From the NCBI GenBank assembly GCA_902561355.1, contig CACEPG010000001.1, positions 28,457 through 92,456 on the forward strand: a stretch of DNA of 64,000 nucleotides, given 5' to 3'. Made by a program: the position numbers and the translations under genes. Source of the stretch: an uncultured Alphaproteobacteria bacterium (GTDB lineage Bacteria > Pseudomonadota > Alphaproteobacteria > HIMB59 > GCA-002718135). This document shows positions 29,009 to 38,266 of the stretch, in pieces; positions within the stretch are counted from its first letter, which is position 1, and every line of letters starts with the position of its first letter. The notes beneath the pieces are model-generated. The model saw nothing but the letters and a program-made list of their open reading frames with translations. It searched no databases and was not told the DNA's origin.

Positions 29009-30013
29009 ATGAAAAAACTATTATCAATCTTTGCGGTTGTAGCTTTTGCTTTTACAGCAAATGCTGGAACTCTTGATGATGTTAAGAATAGGGGTTTTCT
29101 TAAATGTGGTGTAACAACTGGTTTAATCGGTTTTGCTGCTCCTGATGATGCAGGAAACTGGGCTGGTTTTGATGTAGACGTATGTCGTGCAGTTGCAGCA
29201 GCAATTTTTGGAGACTCAAGTAAAGTAGAATTTACAACTACTACTGGTAAATCACGTTTCCCAACATTAGCGTCTGGTGAAATTGATATGCTAGCAAGAA
29301 ATACTACTTGGACTTTAAGCCGTGATGTTAATCTAGGTTTTGAGTTTGTTGGTGTAAACTACTACGATGGACAAGGATTTATGATTCCTTCAGCACTAGG
29401 TGTAGATGATGCAACTGGTCTTGATGGTGCTACTGTATGTATCCAAACAGGTACTACTACAGAGTTAAACCTTGCGGATTTCTTCAGAGCTAATAACATT
29501 AGTTATGAAGCACTTCCAATTGAAACAAATGATGAAGCAAGAGAAAACTTGTTTGCAGGTAGATGTGATGTTTATACTACTGATGCATCTGGTCTTTCAG
29601 CAACAAGAGCTCAAGCAGACGATCCAGATAAATGGATTGTTCTTCCAAACATCATTTCTAAAGAACCTTTAGGCCCACTAGTTAGACACGGTGATCATCA
29701 ATGGGGTGACGTTGTACGTTGGTCTTTGAACACTTTGATCATTGCTGAGGAACTTGGCGTATCTTCTGCGAATGTAGATGCAAGTAAAAGTTCAAATATT
29801 CCTGAAGTTTTAAGACTTCTAGGAGTTGAAGGTGGTTATGGTGAAATGTTAGAACTAAGCAATGACTTTGCTTATAATATCATTAAACAAGTTGGTAACT
29901 ACTCAGAGTCTTTTGATAGAAATATCGGACCTGATACTCCTCTTGGAATTGGAAGAAATCTAAATGCTTTATGGACTGACGGAGGTATTTTATACGCTCC
30001 TCCATTTAGATAG
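29009..30013 (+). CDS. aapJ: General L-amino acid ABC transporter binding protein
   Basis: GFDVDVCRAVAAA, RNTTWT, YYDGQGF, GTTTELN, ISKEPLGP, YAPPFR. Confidence 0.93.
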   Translation: MKKLLSIFAVVAFAFTANAGTLDDVKNRGFLKCGVTTGLIGFAAPDDAGNWAGFDVDVCRAVAAAIFGDSSKVEFTTTTGKSRFPTLASGEIDMLARNTTWTLSRDVNLGFEFVGVNYYDGQGFMIPSALGVDDATGLDGATVCIQTGTTTELNLADFFRANNISYEALPIETNDEARENLFAGRCDVYTTDASGLSATRAQADDPDKWIVLPNIISKEPLGPLVRHGDHQWGDVVRWSLNTLIIAEELGVSSANVDASKSSNIPEVLRLLGVEGGYGEMLELSNDFAYNIIKQVGNYSESFDRNIGPDTPLGIGRNLNALWTDGGILYAPPFR

Positions 30014-30032
30014 AATCTAGAAATATATTTCT

Positions 30033-30065
30033 TGGGGGGCTCAATACTGCCCCCCATTTTTTTTT
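30033..30065 (+). terminator. Intercistronic hairpin with U-tract between aapJ and aapQ
   Basis: TGGGGGGC-TCAATACT-GCCCCCCA followed by a 9-T run. Confidence 0.75.
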
Positions 30066-30073
30066 AAATAAAG

Positions 30074-31231
30074 ATGCAAAAAAATTTCTTTTCTGATGAA
30101 AAATCTAGAGGTATTCTATACCAAACATTAGTTATTGGTTTTTTTGCATTAGCTATTTGGTTTATAGTTAATACGACTGCGTATAATTTAGAAAAAAGAA
30201 ACATTGCTACGGGATTTGGATTTTTAAATAATCCAGCAGGTTTTGATATTAGTTTCTCACCATTTTTAGATTATAAATCTACTGATACACATACAAAAGT
30301 TTACTTTGTAGGCGTATTAAACACATTACTAGTTTCTTTTACAGGCTGTATTGCTGCTACTATTCTAGGATTTATCGTTGGAATAATAAGATTATCAAAT
30401 AATTGGCTTTTAAGTAGAACAGCCTATGTATATGTTGAATTTTGTAGAAATGTTCCTTTAATTCTTCAAATTATTTTATGGTATGCAATTTTAATTCAAC
30501 TACCTCGAATAAAACAAGCGCCTCAAATTTGGGAAACTTTCTATATTTCAAATAGAGGTCTTTATGGGCCTAGACCAATTTATGAAGATGGTTTTTTTAT
30601 TGTTACCATATTTATAATTATATCTTTTTTAATAGCTTTTTTTATTAGGAGATGGGCTAAAAAAAGACAAGATACTACAGGCAAACAATTCCCTACTTTT
30701 ACAACTAATTTAGGAATAATCATTTTATTACCTCTTCTAGTTTTTTTTATAATGGGTACTCCAATGACTCTAGAATATCCAATTTTAAAAGGATTTAATT
30801 TTAAAGGGGGTATGGTTATACGGCCAGAATTTATTGCAATGTTTTTATCACTTACAATTTATACAGGTGCGTTTATTTCTGAAACAGTAAGATCAGGAAT
30901 ATTATCTGTTACCAAAGGTCAAAGAGAAGCATCCGGTGCTTTAGGCTTAAAACAAAATTGGATAATGAGATTAATTATAATCCCCCAAGCCTTAAGAGTT
31001 ATAGTACCCCCATTAACAAGTCAGTATTTAAATTTGACTAAAAATTCTTCACTTGGAATAGCTGTGGGATATGCAGATCTTGTTCACGGATTTGGTGGAA
31101 TTAGTTTAAATCAAACTGGTCAAGCTATCGAGTGTATGGCAATAACTATGGCAACATATTTACTTATAAGTTTAACAATATCATTTTTTATGAATATTTA
31201 TAATAGAAGTATACAATTTAAGGAAAAATAA
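30074..31231 (+). CDS. aapQ: Amino acid ABC transporter permease
   Basis: GFGFL, RNVPLILQI, GQREA, YLNLTKNSSL. Confidence 0.9.
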   Translation: MQKNFFSDEKSRGILYQTLVIGFFALAIWFIVNTTAYNLEKRNIATGFGFLNNPAGFDISFSPFLDYKSTDTHTKVYFVGVLNTLLVSFTGCIAATILGFIVGIIRLSNNWLLSRTAYVYVEFCRNVPLILQIILWYAILIQLPRIKQAPQIWETFYISNRGLYGPRPIYEDGFFIVTIFIIISFLIAFFIRRWAKKRQDTTGKQFPTFTTNLGIIILLPLLVFFIMGTPMTLEYPILKGFNFKGGMVIRPEFIAMFLSLTIYTGAFISETVRSGILSVTKGQREASGALGLKQNWIMRLIIIPQALRVIVPPLTSQYLNLTKNSSLGIAVGYADLVHGFGGISLNQTGQAIECMAITMATYLLISLTISFFMNIYNRSIQFKEK

Positions 31232-32373
31232 TGAATTTAGAAAATCAATTTAATACAAGAAAACCTCCCGTAGCTACAACAGGCTTGATTGGTTGGTTAA
31301 GAATTAATTTGTTTTCCAGCTGGTTTAATACTGCTGTTACATTATTAGTTTTATACTTTCTTTATCAAATAATTCCCTGGTTTTTAGATTGGTCAATTTT
31401 GAGTGCTGATTTTACACATAACTATAAAGGTGAGAAAATAATTGATAGAACATTTTGTTCTAGGGTAGCAAATCCTGAAGAATATCATGGCGCTTGTTGG
31501 TCAATAATAATTGTTCGGTTTTACCAGTTCATTTATGGATTTTATCCTGTTGACCAAGTTTGGAGAGCAAACTTAACATATTTTTTATTAGCAGTTGCTC
31601 TTATACCATTATTGGTTGAAAATTTACCATACAGAAGGCATTTGATAAAATTTACTATTGTATTTCCAATAATTGCTTTTGTTTTATTGTATGGTGGATT
31701 TGGGTTTGAAATAGTTCCTACTAATAAATGGGGAGGGTTGCTAGTTACTCTTGTTTTAGGCGTCTTTGGTATTGCACTCGCCTTTCCACTTGGAATTATT
31801 TTAGCTCTTGGTAGACGTTCAAAACTTCCAGTTATTAGTATGGTATGCACACTGTTTATTGAATTTATTCGAGGTGTACCTTTGATAACACTGCTTTTTT
31901 TTGGAATGGTTATGCTTCCATTATTCCTACCAGAAGGAATAAACATGGATGGATTAGTTAGAGTTCTTGTTGCTGTTACACTTTTTCAGGCTGCATATAT
32001 GGCAGAAGTTATTAGAGGTGGATTGCAAGCTATTCCACAAGGTCAATTTGAGGCAGCGCAATCTGTAGGATTATCTTATTGGCAAATGAATAGAAAAATT
32101 ATTTTACCACAAGCTATTAGAATTACAATTCCTTCAATAGTTAATACATCTATTGGATTATTTAAAGATACTACTTTAGTTATTATTATTGGATTATTGG
32201 ATTTATTAGGAATTGGAAGAGGGGCCTTATCAGATGCGACATGGATGGGATTATCAAACGAAGTCTATGTTTTTGTAGCTATTGTATTCTTTATATTTAC
32301 TTTTTCGATGTCTAGATACAGTTTGTATTTGGAAAAAAAATTAAAAACAGGTATTAACATGGGAGCAGATTAA
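31231..32373 (+). CDS. aapM: Amino acid ABC transporter permease
   Basis: [31 protein letters not shown]. Confidence 0.9.
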   Translation: MNLENQFNTRKPPVATTGLIGWLRINLFSSWFNTAVTLLVLYFLYQIIPWFLDWSILSADFTHNYKGEKIIDRTFCSRVANPEEYHGACWSIIIVRFYQFIYGFYPVDQVWRANLTYFLLAVALIPLLVENLPYRRHLIKFTIVFPIIAFVLLYGGFGFEIVPTNKWGGLLVTLVLGVFGIALAFPLGIILALGRRSKLPVISMVCTLFIEFIRGVPLITLLFFGMVMLPLFLPEGINMDGLVRVLVAVTLFQAAYMAEVIRGGLQAIPQGQFEAAQSVGLSYWQMNRKIILPQAIRITIPSIVNTSIGLFKDTTLVIIIGLLDLLGIGRGALSDATWMGLSNEVYVFVAIVFFIFTFSMSRYSLYLEKKLKTGINMGAD

Positions 32374-32374
32374 T

Positions 32375-33118
32375 ATGTCAGAAGATTCTATAATTTCATT
32401 ATCAAATGTAAATAAGTGGTTTGGAGATTTTCAAGTACTTCAAGATGTTAATTTAGAAGTTAAAAGAAAAGAACGTATTGTTGTATGCGGCCCTTCAGGA
32501 TCAGGTAAATCAACAATGATAAGATGCATTAATAGACTTGAAGAACATCAAGAGGGAACAATAATTGTAGATGGAATAGAATTAACTGGTAATTTAAAAA
32601 ATATTGACAGTGTCAGAAGGGAAGTTGGAATGGTATTTCAGCAATTTAATCTTTTCCCTCATTTGTCTGTAAAAGAGAATATTACACTAGCACCTATATG
32701 GGTTAAAAGAATGCCAAAAGCAGAAGCAGAAGAACTTGCAATGCAGCAATTAGAAATAGTTAAAATACCAGAACAAGCAAACAAGTATCCAGGACAATTA
32801 TCTGGAGGTCAACAGCAAAGAGTTGCTATAGCTCGTTCACTTGCAATGAAACCAAACATTATGCTTTTTGATGAGCCTACATCAGCTTTAGATCCAGAAA
32901 TGATAAAAGAAGTTTTAGATGTTATGGTAGAGTTAGCCGAGGCAGGCATGACTATGATTGTTGTTACTCATGAAATGGGATTTGCTAAAACAGTTGCTAA
33001 CAGAATGGTATTTATGGATGAAGGAAGAATTGTTGAAGAAGCAGCTCCAGAAAAGTTTTTTAATAATCCAGAAAGTGATCGAACTAAATTATTTTTAAGT
33101 CAAATACTTAATCATTAA
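32375..33118 (+). CDS. aapP: Amino acid ABC transporter ATPase
   Basis: [24 protein letters not shown]. Confidence 0.93.
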   Translation: MSEDSIISLSNVNKWFGDFQVLQDVNLEVKRKERIVVCGPSGSGKSTMIRCINRLEEHQEGTIIVDGIELTGNLKNIDSVRREVGMVFQQFNLFPHLSVKENITLAPIWVKRMPKAEAEELAMQQLEIVKIPEQANKYPGQLSGGQQQRVAIARSLAMKPNIMLFDEPTSALDPEMIKEVLDVMVELAEAGMTMIVVTHEMGFAKTVANRMVFMDEGRIVEEAAPEKFFNNPESDRTKLFLSQILNH

Positions 33119-33809
33119 GTAATATATTTACTCTTCGGTTCATTCTGCCTTTGTTTTCAACTTTTGAAACTTTAATCTCTCCTATTTCCAATGTTGTATT
33201 TACATGAGTACCCCCACAAGGTTGATAATCAATATTTCCAATTCTAACTAATCTAATTTTCCCGTTTATTTTAGGAGGTTTTACAGACATCGTTCTCACT
33301 ATTTCGGGTTTTTCTTCTAATATTTTACTATCTAAATATTCATAACTTATAGAATGATTTTCTTTTACTAGAACATTAATCTTTTCTTCAATTTCTTCTT
33401 TGTTTATATTTTTTTCAGGATCATTAAAATCTAATCTACTTTTTTCAAATCCAATTTGTCCTCCAGTCACATCTAATGGTATTGCCGAGCATATTAAATG
33501 CAAAGCACTATGCATTCTCATATGTTTATATCTTTTTTTCCAATTTATTTTCCCTATTATTTTTTTTTCTTTTTCTGCATTTTTAATATTTTCAACAATA
33601 TTAAAAATAGATCCTCCATTTTTTGTAGTATCTATTACTTCTAATTTTTCACCATCTATTTCTATTATTCCTGTATCTCCTGGTTGTCCTCCTCCTTTTG
33701 CATAAAAGGCTGTATTTTCTAGTTCAATTGTTTTCAATTCTTGATTTACATTTATTATTTTTGACTCAAATTCTTTTAAATAGGGATCTTTTTCAAATAA
33801 ATTAGTCAT
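33108..33809 (-). CDS. alaX: AlaX-type free-standing tRNA editing protein
   Basis: [23 protein letters not shown]. Confidence 0.9.
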   Translation of the reverse strand: MTNLFEKDPYLKEFESKIINVNQELKTIELENTAFYAKGGGQPGDTGIIEIDGEKLEVIDTTKNGGSIFNIVENIKNAEKEKKIIGKINWKKRYKHMRMHSALHLICSAIPLDVTGGQIGFEKSRLDFNDPEKNINKEEIEEKINVLVKENHSISYEYLDSKILEEKPEIVRTMSVKPPKINGKIRLVRIGNIDYQPCGGTHVNTTLEIGEIKVSKVENKGRMNRRVNILLND

Positions 33810-33870
33810 ATTTTTTTTTAACAGATTTTATTATTATTATGTTGACTTTTTTACTAATCTGAATAAATAA

Positions 33871-33885
33871 GAACAAAACAAGAAC
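33871..33885 (+). promoter_or_regulatory. Alphaproteobacterial LexA (SOS) box
   Basis: GAAC-AAAACAA-GAAC is an exact GAAC-N7-GAAC. It lies just downstream of a TTGACT (-35-like, 33842) and 64 nt before umuD. Confidence 0.85.
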
Positions 33886-33949
33886 ATAAATATTTAATTT
33901 ATTATAATAATTATTATTTATCAGTTAGTTAAAAAATATATTTAAAAAT

Positions 33950-34393
33950 ATGTATGCAAAAAATGAAATTTTTATAATTAAATCAAATTTAAATACAAAA
34001 AATGTAACTCCTTTTTTTGTTGATTCAGTTTCGGCAGGATTTCCCTCACCTGCAACTGATTATTTAGAAAATAAGTTAGATTTAAATGAATATTTAGTTA
34101 AGCATCCTGCGGCTACTTATATAGTAAAAGCTAATGGTTCATCTATGGTTGATGCAGGTATTTTATCCGGTGACTTACTTATAGTAGATAGAAGTGTTAC
34201 TCCTCGAAATGAAAGTATTGTTATTGCTTCTATTTTTGGTGATCTGGCTGTAAAAAAAATACGAAAGAAAAATACGTCTTTATTTTTAGTTTCAGCTAAC
34301 AGTGATTATCCAAGCATTGAAGTAAAAGAAGAAATGGAGTGTTTTATATGGGGGGTTGTGACTTATGTTATACACAAAGCAATTATCTCTTAA
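33950..34393 (+). CDS. umuD: DNA polymerase V accessory subunit (S24 autopeptidase)
   Basis: VSAGFPSPA cleavage site, LDLNEYL, GSSM (Ser), VKK (Lys). Confidence 0.92.
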   Translation: MYAKNEIFIIKSNLNTKNVTPFFVDSVSAGFPSPATDYLENKLDLNEYLVKHPAATYIVKANGSSMVDAGILSGDLLIVDRSVTPRNESIVIASIFGDLAVKKIRKKNTSLFLVSANSDYPSIEVKEEMECFIWGVVTYVIHKAIIS

Positions 34394-35669
34394 TCATTCT
34401 TCATTACAAAAATCAATCGCTCTTGTCGATTGTAATAATTTTTATGCTTCGTGTGAACGTATATTTAATCCCAAGTTAATAGGTAAACCAATTGTAGTAT
34501 TATCAAATAATGATGGATGTATAATTACAAGATCTAGTGAAGCTAAAAAATTAGGAATTAAAATGGGGGAACCATATTTTAAGGTAAAAAAAATTATTGA
34601 AAAAAATAAAGTTAAGGTTTTTTCTTCCAATTATTCTTTGTACGGCGATATTTCTCAGAGAGTAATGGAAACACTTTCTTATTTTGTAAAAGACATTGAA
34701 ATATATTCAATTGATGAAGCTTTTTTGAATCTGAATGGTTTTGAAAACTATGAGATTGATAAATATTGTAGACATATAAGAAATAAAGTAAAACAATGGA
34801 TAGGTGTTCCTGTAAGTATAGGAGTAGGTTCCACAAAAACTCTTTCTAAAATTGCTAATAATTTAGCTAAAAAAAATAATACATATGGAGGGGTATGTAT
34901 TTTAAAAAATTGGTTTGAAATAAAAGAAGCATTAAAACTGACTCCAATTGAAGATGTTTGGGGCATAGGAAGAAAACATTCAGCTTTTCTAAGAAAATAC
35001 AAGATAAACACAGCATGTGATTTTGTTCAGGTAGACAAGGGTTGGGTTAAGAAAAATATGGGTATTGTTGGTGAGAAAACATACTTGGAATTATTAGGGG
35101 TTTCATGTTTGAATATTGAACTTGTTCCAAGTGACAAAAAAAGTTGCTGTGTTTCAAGATCATTTAGCAGTCCAGTAGAAAAAATTAAAGATTTAGAAGA
35201 ATCAGTATCTTTTTATGCATCACGTGTTGCAGAAAAAATTAGAGAAGAGAATTTAGTCGCTGATTCAATAAGTGTTTTCGTTTTAACCAATCATTTCAAT
35301 CGAAGAGAAAAACAATATTCAAATTCAATAAAACTTCAACTACCATTTCCAACAAATGACAGTATAAAAATTGTAAAAAAAGCCCTTGAAGGAATCAGAA
35401 AAATATACCGATCTAATTATCGTTATAAAAAAGCAGGGGTAATATTATATGGTCTTAGCAAGCATGGTGTAACTCAAGGATTGCTAGATTATGATCGAGA
35501 AGTTTCAGATAGAATGATGCAAACTATTGATACTATAAATAACAGATATGGAAGCTCAACATTAAAAATTGCTTCTGAAGGAATTAAAAAAACATGGAAG
35601 ATGAGAAGAAAAAATGTATCTCAGTGCTATACAACACGATTTGATGAATTAGTTGAAGTAAATTCCTAA
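34365..35669 (+). CDS. umuC: DNA polymerase V catalytic subunit (Y family)
   Basis: LVDCNNFYASCE, VLSNNDGC, YSIDEAF, SRSF, YKKAGV, WKM...YTT. Confidence 0.93.
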   Translation: MLYTKQLSLNHSSLQKSIALVDCNNFYASCERIFNPKLIGKPIVVLSNNDGCIITRSSEAKKLGIKMGEPYFKVKKIIEKNKVKVFSSNYSLYGDISQRVMETLSYFVKDIEIYSIDEAFLNLNGFENYEIDKYCRHIRNKVKQWIGVPVSIGVGSTKTLSKIANNLAKKNNTYGGVCILKNWFEIKEALKLTPIEDVWGIGRKHSAFLRKYKINTACDFVQVDKGWVKKNMGIVGEKTYLELLGVSCLNIELVPSDKKSCCVSRSFSSPVEKIKDLEESVSFYASRVAEKIREENLVADSISVFVLTNHFNRREKQYSNSIKLQLPFPTNDSIKIVKKALEGIRKIYRSNYRYKKAGVILYGLSKHGVTQGLLDYDREVSDRMMQTIDTINNRYGSSTLKIASEGIKKTWKMRRKNVSQCYTTRFDELVEVNS

Positions 35670-35674
35670 TATAT

Positions 35675-35751
35675 TGGCTCCCCCGGCCGGGCTCGAACCA
35701 GCGACCCTTTGATTAACAGTCAAATGCTACTACCAACTGAGCTACAGGGGA
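35675..35751 (-). tRNA. tRNA-Asn(GUU)
   Basis: Reverse complement TCCCCTG...TTTGA-CT-GTT-AA-TCAAA...GGTTCGAGCC...GGGGGAGCCA. Confidence 0.95.
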
Positions 35752-35798
35752 TCCAAAATATGTAATAATAAATAAAAATAAAAAAAACAAGATAAAAT

Positions 35799-35872
35799 TG
35801 GAGGCTCGGAGCGGAATTGAACCGCTGTACAAGGCTTTGCAGGCCCCTACATAACCACTCTGCCACCGAGCC
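35799..35872 (-). tRNA. tRNA-Cys(GCA)
   Basis: Reverse complement GGCTCGG...GGGGC-CT-GCA-AA-GCCTT...GGTTCAATTCC...CCGAGCCTCCA; 74 nt, U73. Confidence 0.95.
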
Positions 35873-36001
35873 AAATAATGTGCCAATTAATGACTAATTT
35901 AATACATGTCAATTAAACATGAAAAACTAGAATATTACTTATTAATAAATATATAAATATTTGATAAAAAAATAAATGAGATTATAACCAACTGACCTTA
36001 A

Positions 36002-36658
36002 ATGATCGAAAATTTTGATAAAGCAAGAGAATTAATGGTAGAAAATCAACTTCGACCAAATAAGATAAAAGAAGAAAAAATACTTAATTTGTTTAGAAAT
36101 ATTCCAAAAGAAATTTTTGTTAAGCGAAACCATCAACCCATTTGTTACTCTGACAGAGATTTTAATATTTCAATAAGAAGAGGATATTTAAAAAATTTAC
36201 ATTTAGCTCAAATTATTTCAAGTGCTCAAATAAAAAGTACAGATAAAGTACTCCATGTAGGTGGCCTCACTGGATATTTGTCTATGATGATAGGGACTAT
36301 TTGTAAAGAATTGATAGTACTAGAGAATGAAGAAGAAAATATCTCAATACTTAAAAATAATTTTACAAAACATAGTTTAAATAATATAAAAATTATAAAT
36401 GATAAATTAAATAATGGATTTGTAGAAGAATCCCCATATGATCTAATAGTAATTGATTGTCCAATATATAATTTAAATGGCATATTTATTGATCAATTAA
36501 ATCAAGGGGGAAGACTGATATATATAGAAAAAATTAATGATGAACTTGCAAAAGCATATAAAATAACAAAAACGAAAGGTTCATTTTCAAAAGAATATTT
36601 ATTTGATGTATTTTCTGAATTTTCTATTGATAAAAAAAATGAGGAGTTTGAATTTTAA
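36002..36658 (+). CDS. Pcm-like methyltransferase (tolC-associated copy)
   Basis: ARELMVENQLRP, degenerate SAM motif VLHVGGLTGY, SPYDLI; conserved position before tolC. Confidence 0.75.
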   Translation: MIENFDKARELMVENQLRPNKIKEEKILNLFRNIPKEIFVKRNHQPICYSDRDFNISIRRGYLKNLHLAQIISSAQIKSTDKVLHVGGLTGYLSMMIGTICKELIVLENEEENISILKNNFTKHSLNNIKIINDKLNNGFVEESPYDLIVIDCPIYNLNGIFIDQLNQGGRLIYIEKINDELAKAYKITKTKGSFSKEYLFDVFSEFSIDKKNEEFEF

Positions 36659-37941
36659 TGAAATATTTTTTATTTATAATTATTATTATATTCAATAATG
36701 CAGTACTTTCACTAAACGTTGATGAAGCGATTAAAAGTACTATTGAAAACAATCCTAAAGTTAAAATTGCTATTGAAAAATTAAATGAATCTAAAGAGTT
36801 GATTGAAAATGCATATGGGCAAAAACTTCCATCTATAACTAGCACTATATCAGGAACATATTCTAGCTCAGACTCAAGTACTTCTACAGCATCAACTACT
36901 CCAGAAACATTTACTGATAAATATAAAATTTCTTTATCACAAAATTTATTTGATGGAGGGGTTAATGATTTAGAAATCAAGAGGTCTAAAATTTTATTTG
37001 ATAACGAAATAATTAATTTTCAAAAAACTATTCAAGATTTAGTTCTTACTGCAATTAATGGATATTTTACTGTAATTAATTATGAAAAATCACTCGAAGC
37101 TAACAAAAAAAATTTTGACTCTGTTAAAAGATTTTTAGAAGAAACTAAAACAAGATATGATTTAGGCTCAGCCACTTTATATGATTTACAGAATGCAGAA
37201 TCTGCTTATGCCATAGCAGAAACAAGCTTATTTACAGCAAGACAAAACTATAATGTTAGCAAGATTACATTTAAAAGAATTGTTGGATTAGATGCTTTTA
37301 ATTTGGAAGAAATTGTTAATTTTGATCAAGAATTAGATTTAAATAAAATTATAGAAAAATCATTAAAAAACAATCTAGATCTTTTATTGTTGAATAATGA
37401 TATATTAAATAAAAAAATTTTATTATCCAAAGAAAAAAATTCTAATAAACCTAGTTTAGATTTATCAGCTTCTGCTGAATATTCTGATACAGGTAGAATA
37501 GATAGCGGCACTGAAAAAACCAATGGAACAATAGGCATAACTTTAACAATACCTATATTTAATCAAAATATTGATAAATCTGATATTAGAAAATTTCAAT
37601 CTCAAATACTTCAATCTGAACTAAACTATGTTGATTCTAAAGACGATATTCAGATACAAGCTTCAAACTTGTATAAAGATTATTTAATTAGTAAATCAAA
37701 CATTTCAACAAGCCTTAAGAGAATTGTATCTATCCAGACATCATTAAATAGTATCATTGAAGAGTATAATATTGGAACCAAAACGATAAATGAATTAATC
37801 GAAGCTGAAAGCGAATTGTTGTCAGTTAATGTTAATTATTATTCTGCTAGGAAAGATTATATTTTAAATTATTTTAATATTAAGGCTCTTGAAGGCTCTA
37901 TTTTAGATCTATTTGAAGAATATTTACCAAATTTTAATTAA
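36658..37941 (+). CDS. tolC: TolC family outer membrane efflux protein
   Basis: Signal peptide, QNLFDGG, RYDLG, EEYNIGTKT, two helical repeats. Confidence 0.85.
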   Translation: MKYFLFIIIIIFNNAVLSLNVDEAIKSTIENNPKVKIAIEKLNESKELIENAYGQKLPSITSTISGTYSSSDSSTSTASTTPETFTDKYKISLSQNLFDGGVNDLEIKRSKILFDNEIINFQKTIQDLVLTAINGYFTVINYEKSLEANKKNFDSVKRFLEETKTRYDLGSATLYDLQNAESAYAIAETSLFTARQNYNVSKITFKRIVGLDAFNLEEIVNFDQELDLNKIIEKSLKNNLDLLLLNNDILNKKILLSKEKNSNKPSLDLSASAEYSDTGRIDSGTEKTNGTIGITLTIPIFNQNIDKSDIRKFQSQILQSELNYVDSKDDIQIQASNLYKDYLISKSNISTSLKRIVSIQTSLNSIIEEYNIGTKTINELIEAESELLSVNVNYYSARKDYILNYFNIKALEGSILDLFEEYLPNFN

Positions 37942-37982
37942 ATATTTTGAATAAATATTTGATAATCTATAATATTAACTAA

Positions 37983-38261
37983 ATGACAAAAGAAGAATCA
38001 ATTAAAGACACTCTAGAAGTAATAAGACGAGCTTTAGAAGATGATAACACGAAAAATATCAATGATAATATTTTAATATTAAATAGAAAAGTAAATAATG
38101 ATGGAACTATTAATGTTATTAAAAAAGATCAAACTGATATAGATGAAATTAATAAAATTATAGACGATAAAATAAATTATATTTTTGAAGAAAAATTTGA
38201 TGAATGGCTAGATAAACGATTACCTGATATTTTAGAAAAAAATAATAAAAATAAATATTAA
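37983..38261 (+). CDS. popZ: PopZ / DUF2497-like polar organizing protein, very short
   Basis: N-terminal ESIKDTLEVIRRALEDD (cf. SMEEILASIRRII) and C-terminal FDEWLDKRLPDILE (cf. LKEWLD.NLP); located between tolC and valS. Confidence 0.7.
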   Translation: MTKEESIKDTLEVIRRALEDDNTKNINDNILILNRKVNNDGTINVIKKDQTDIDEINKIIDDKINYIFEEKFDEWLDKRLPDILEKNNKNKY

Positions 38262-38266
38262 ATAAA

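Noticed and set aside
18497..35872. Prophage or integrative island bounded by the tRNAs
   Set aside because: No duplicated tRNA 3' end was found by eye, there is no integrase or structural gene, and the interval holds core metabolic genes.
35881..36001. CtrA-like TTAA-N7-TTAA sites
   Set aside because: The best candidate has N8 spacing, and TTAA is too frequent in this AT-rich DNA.
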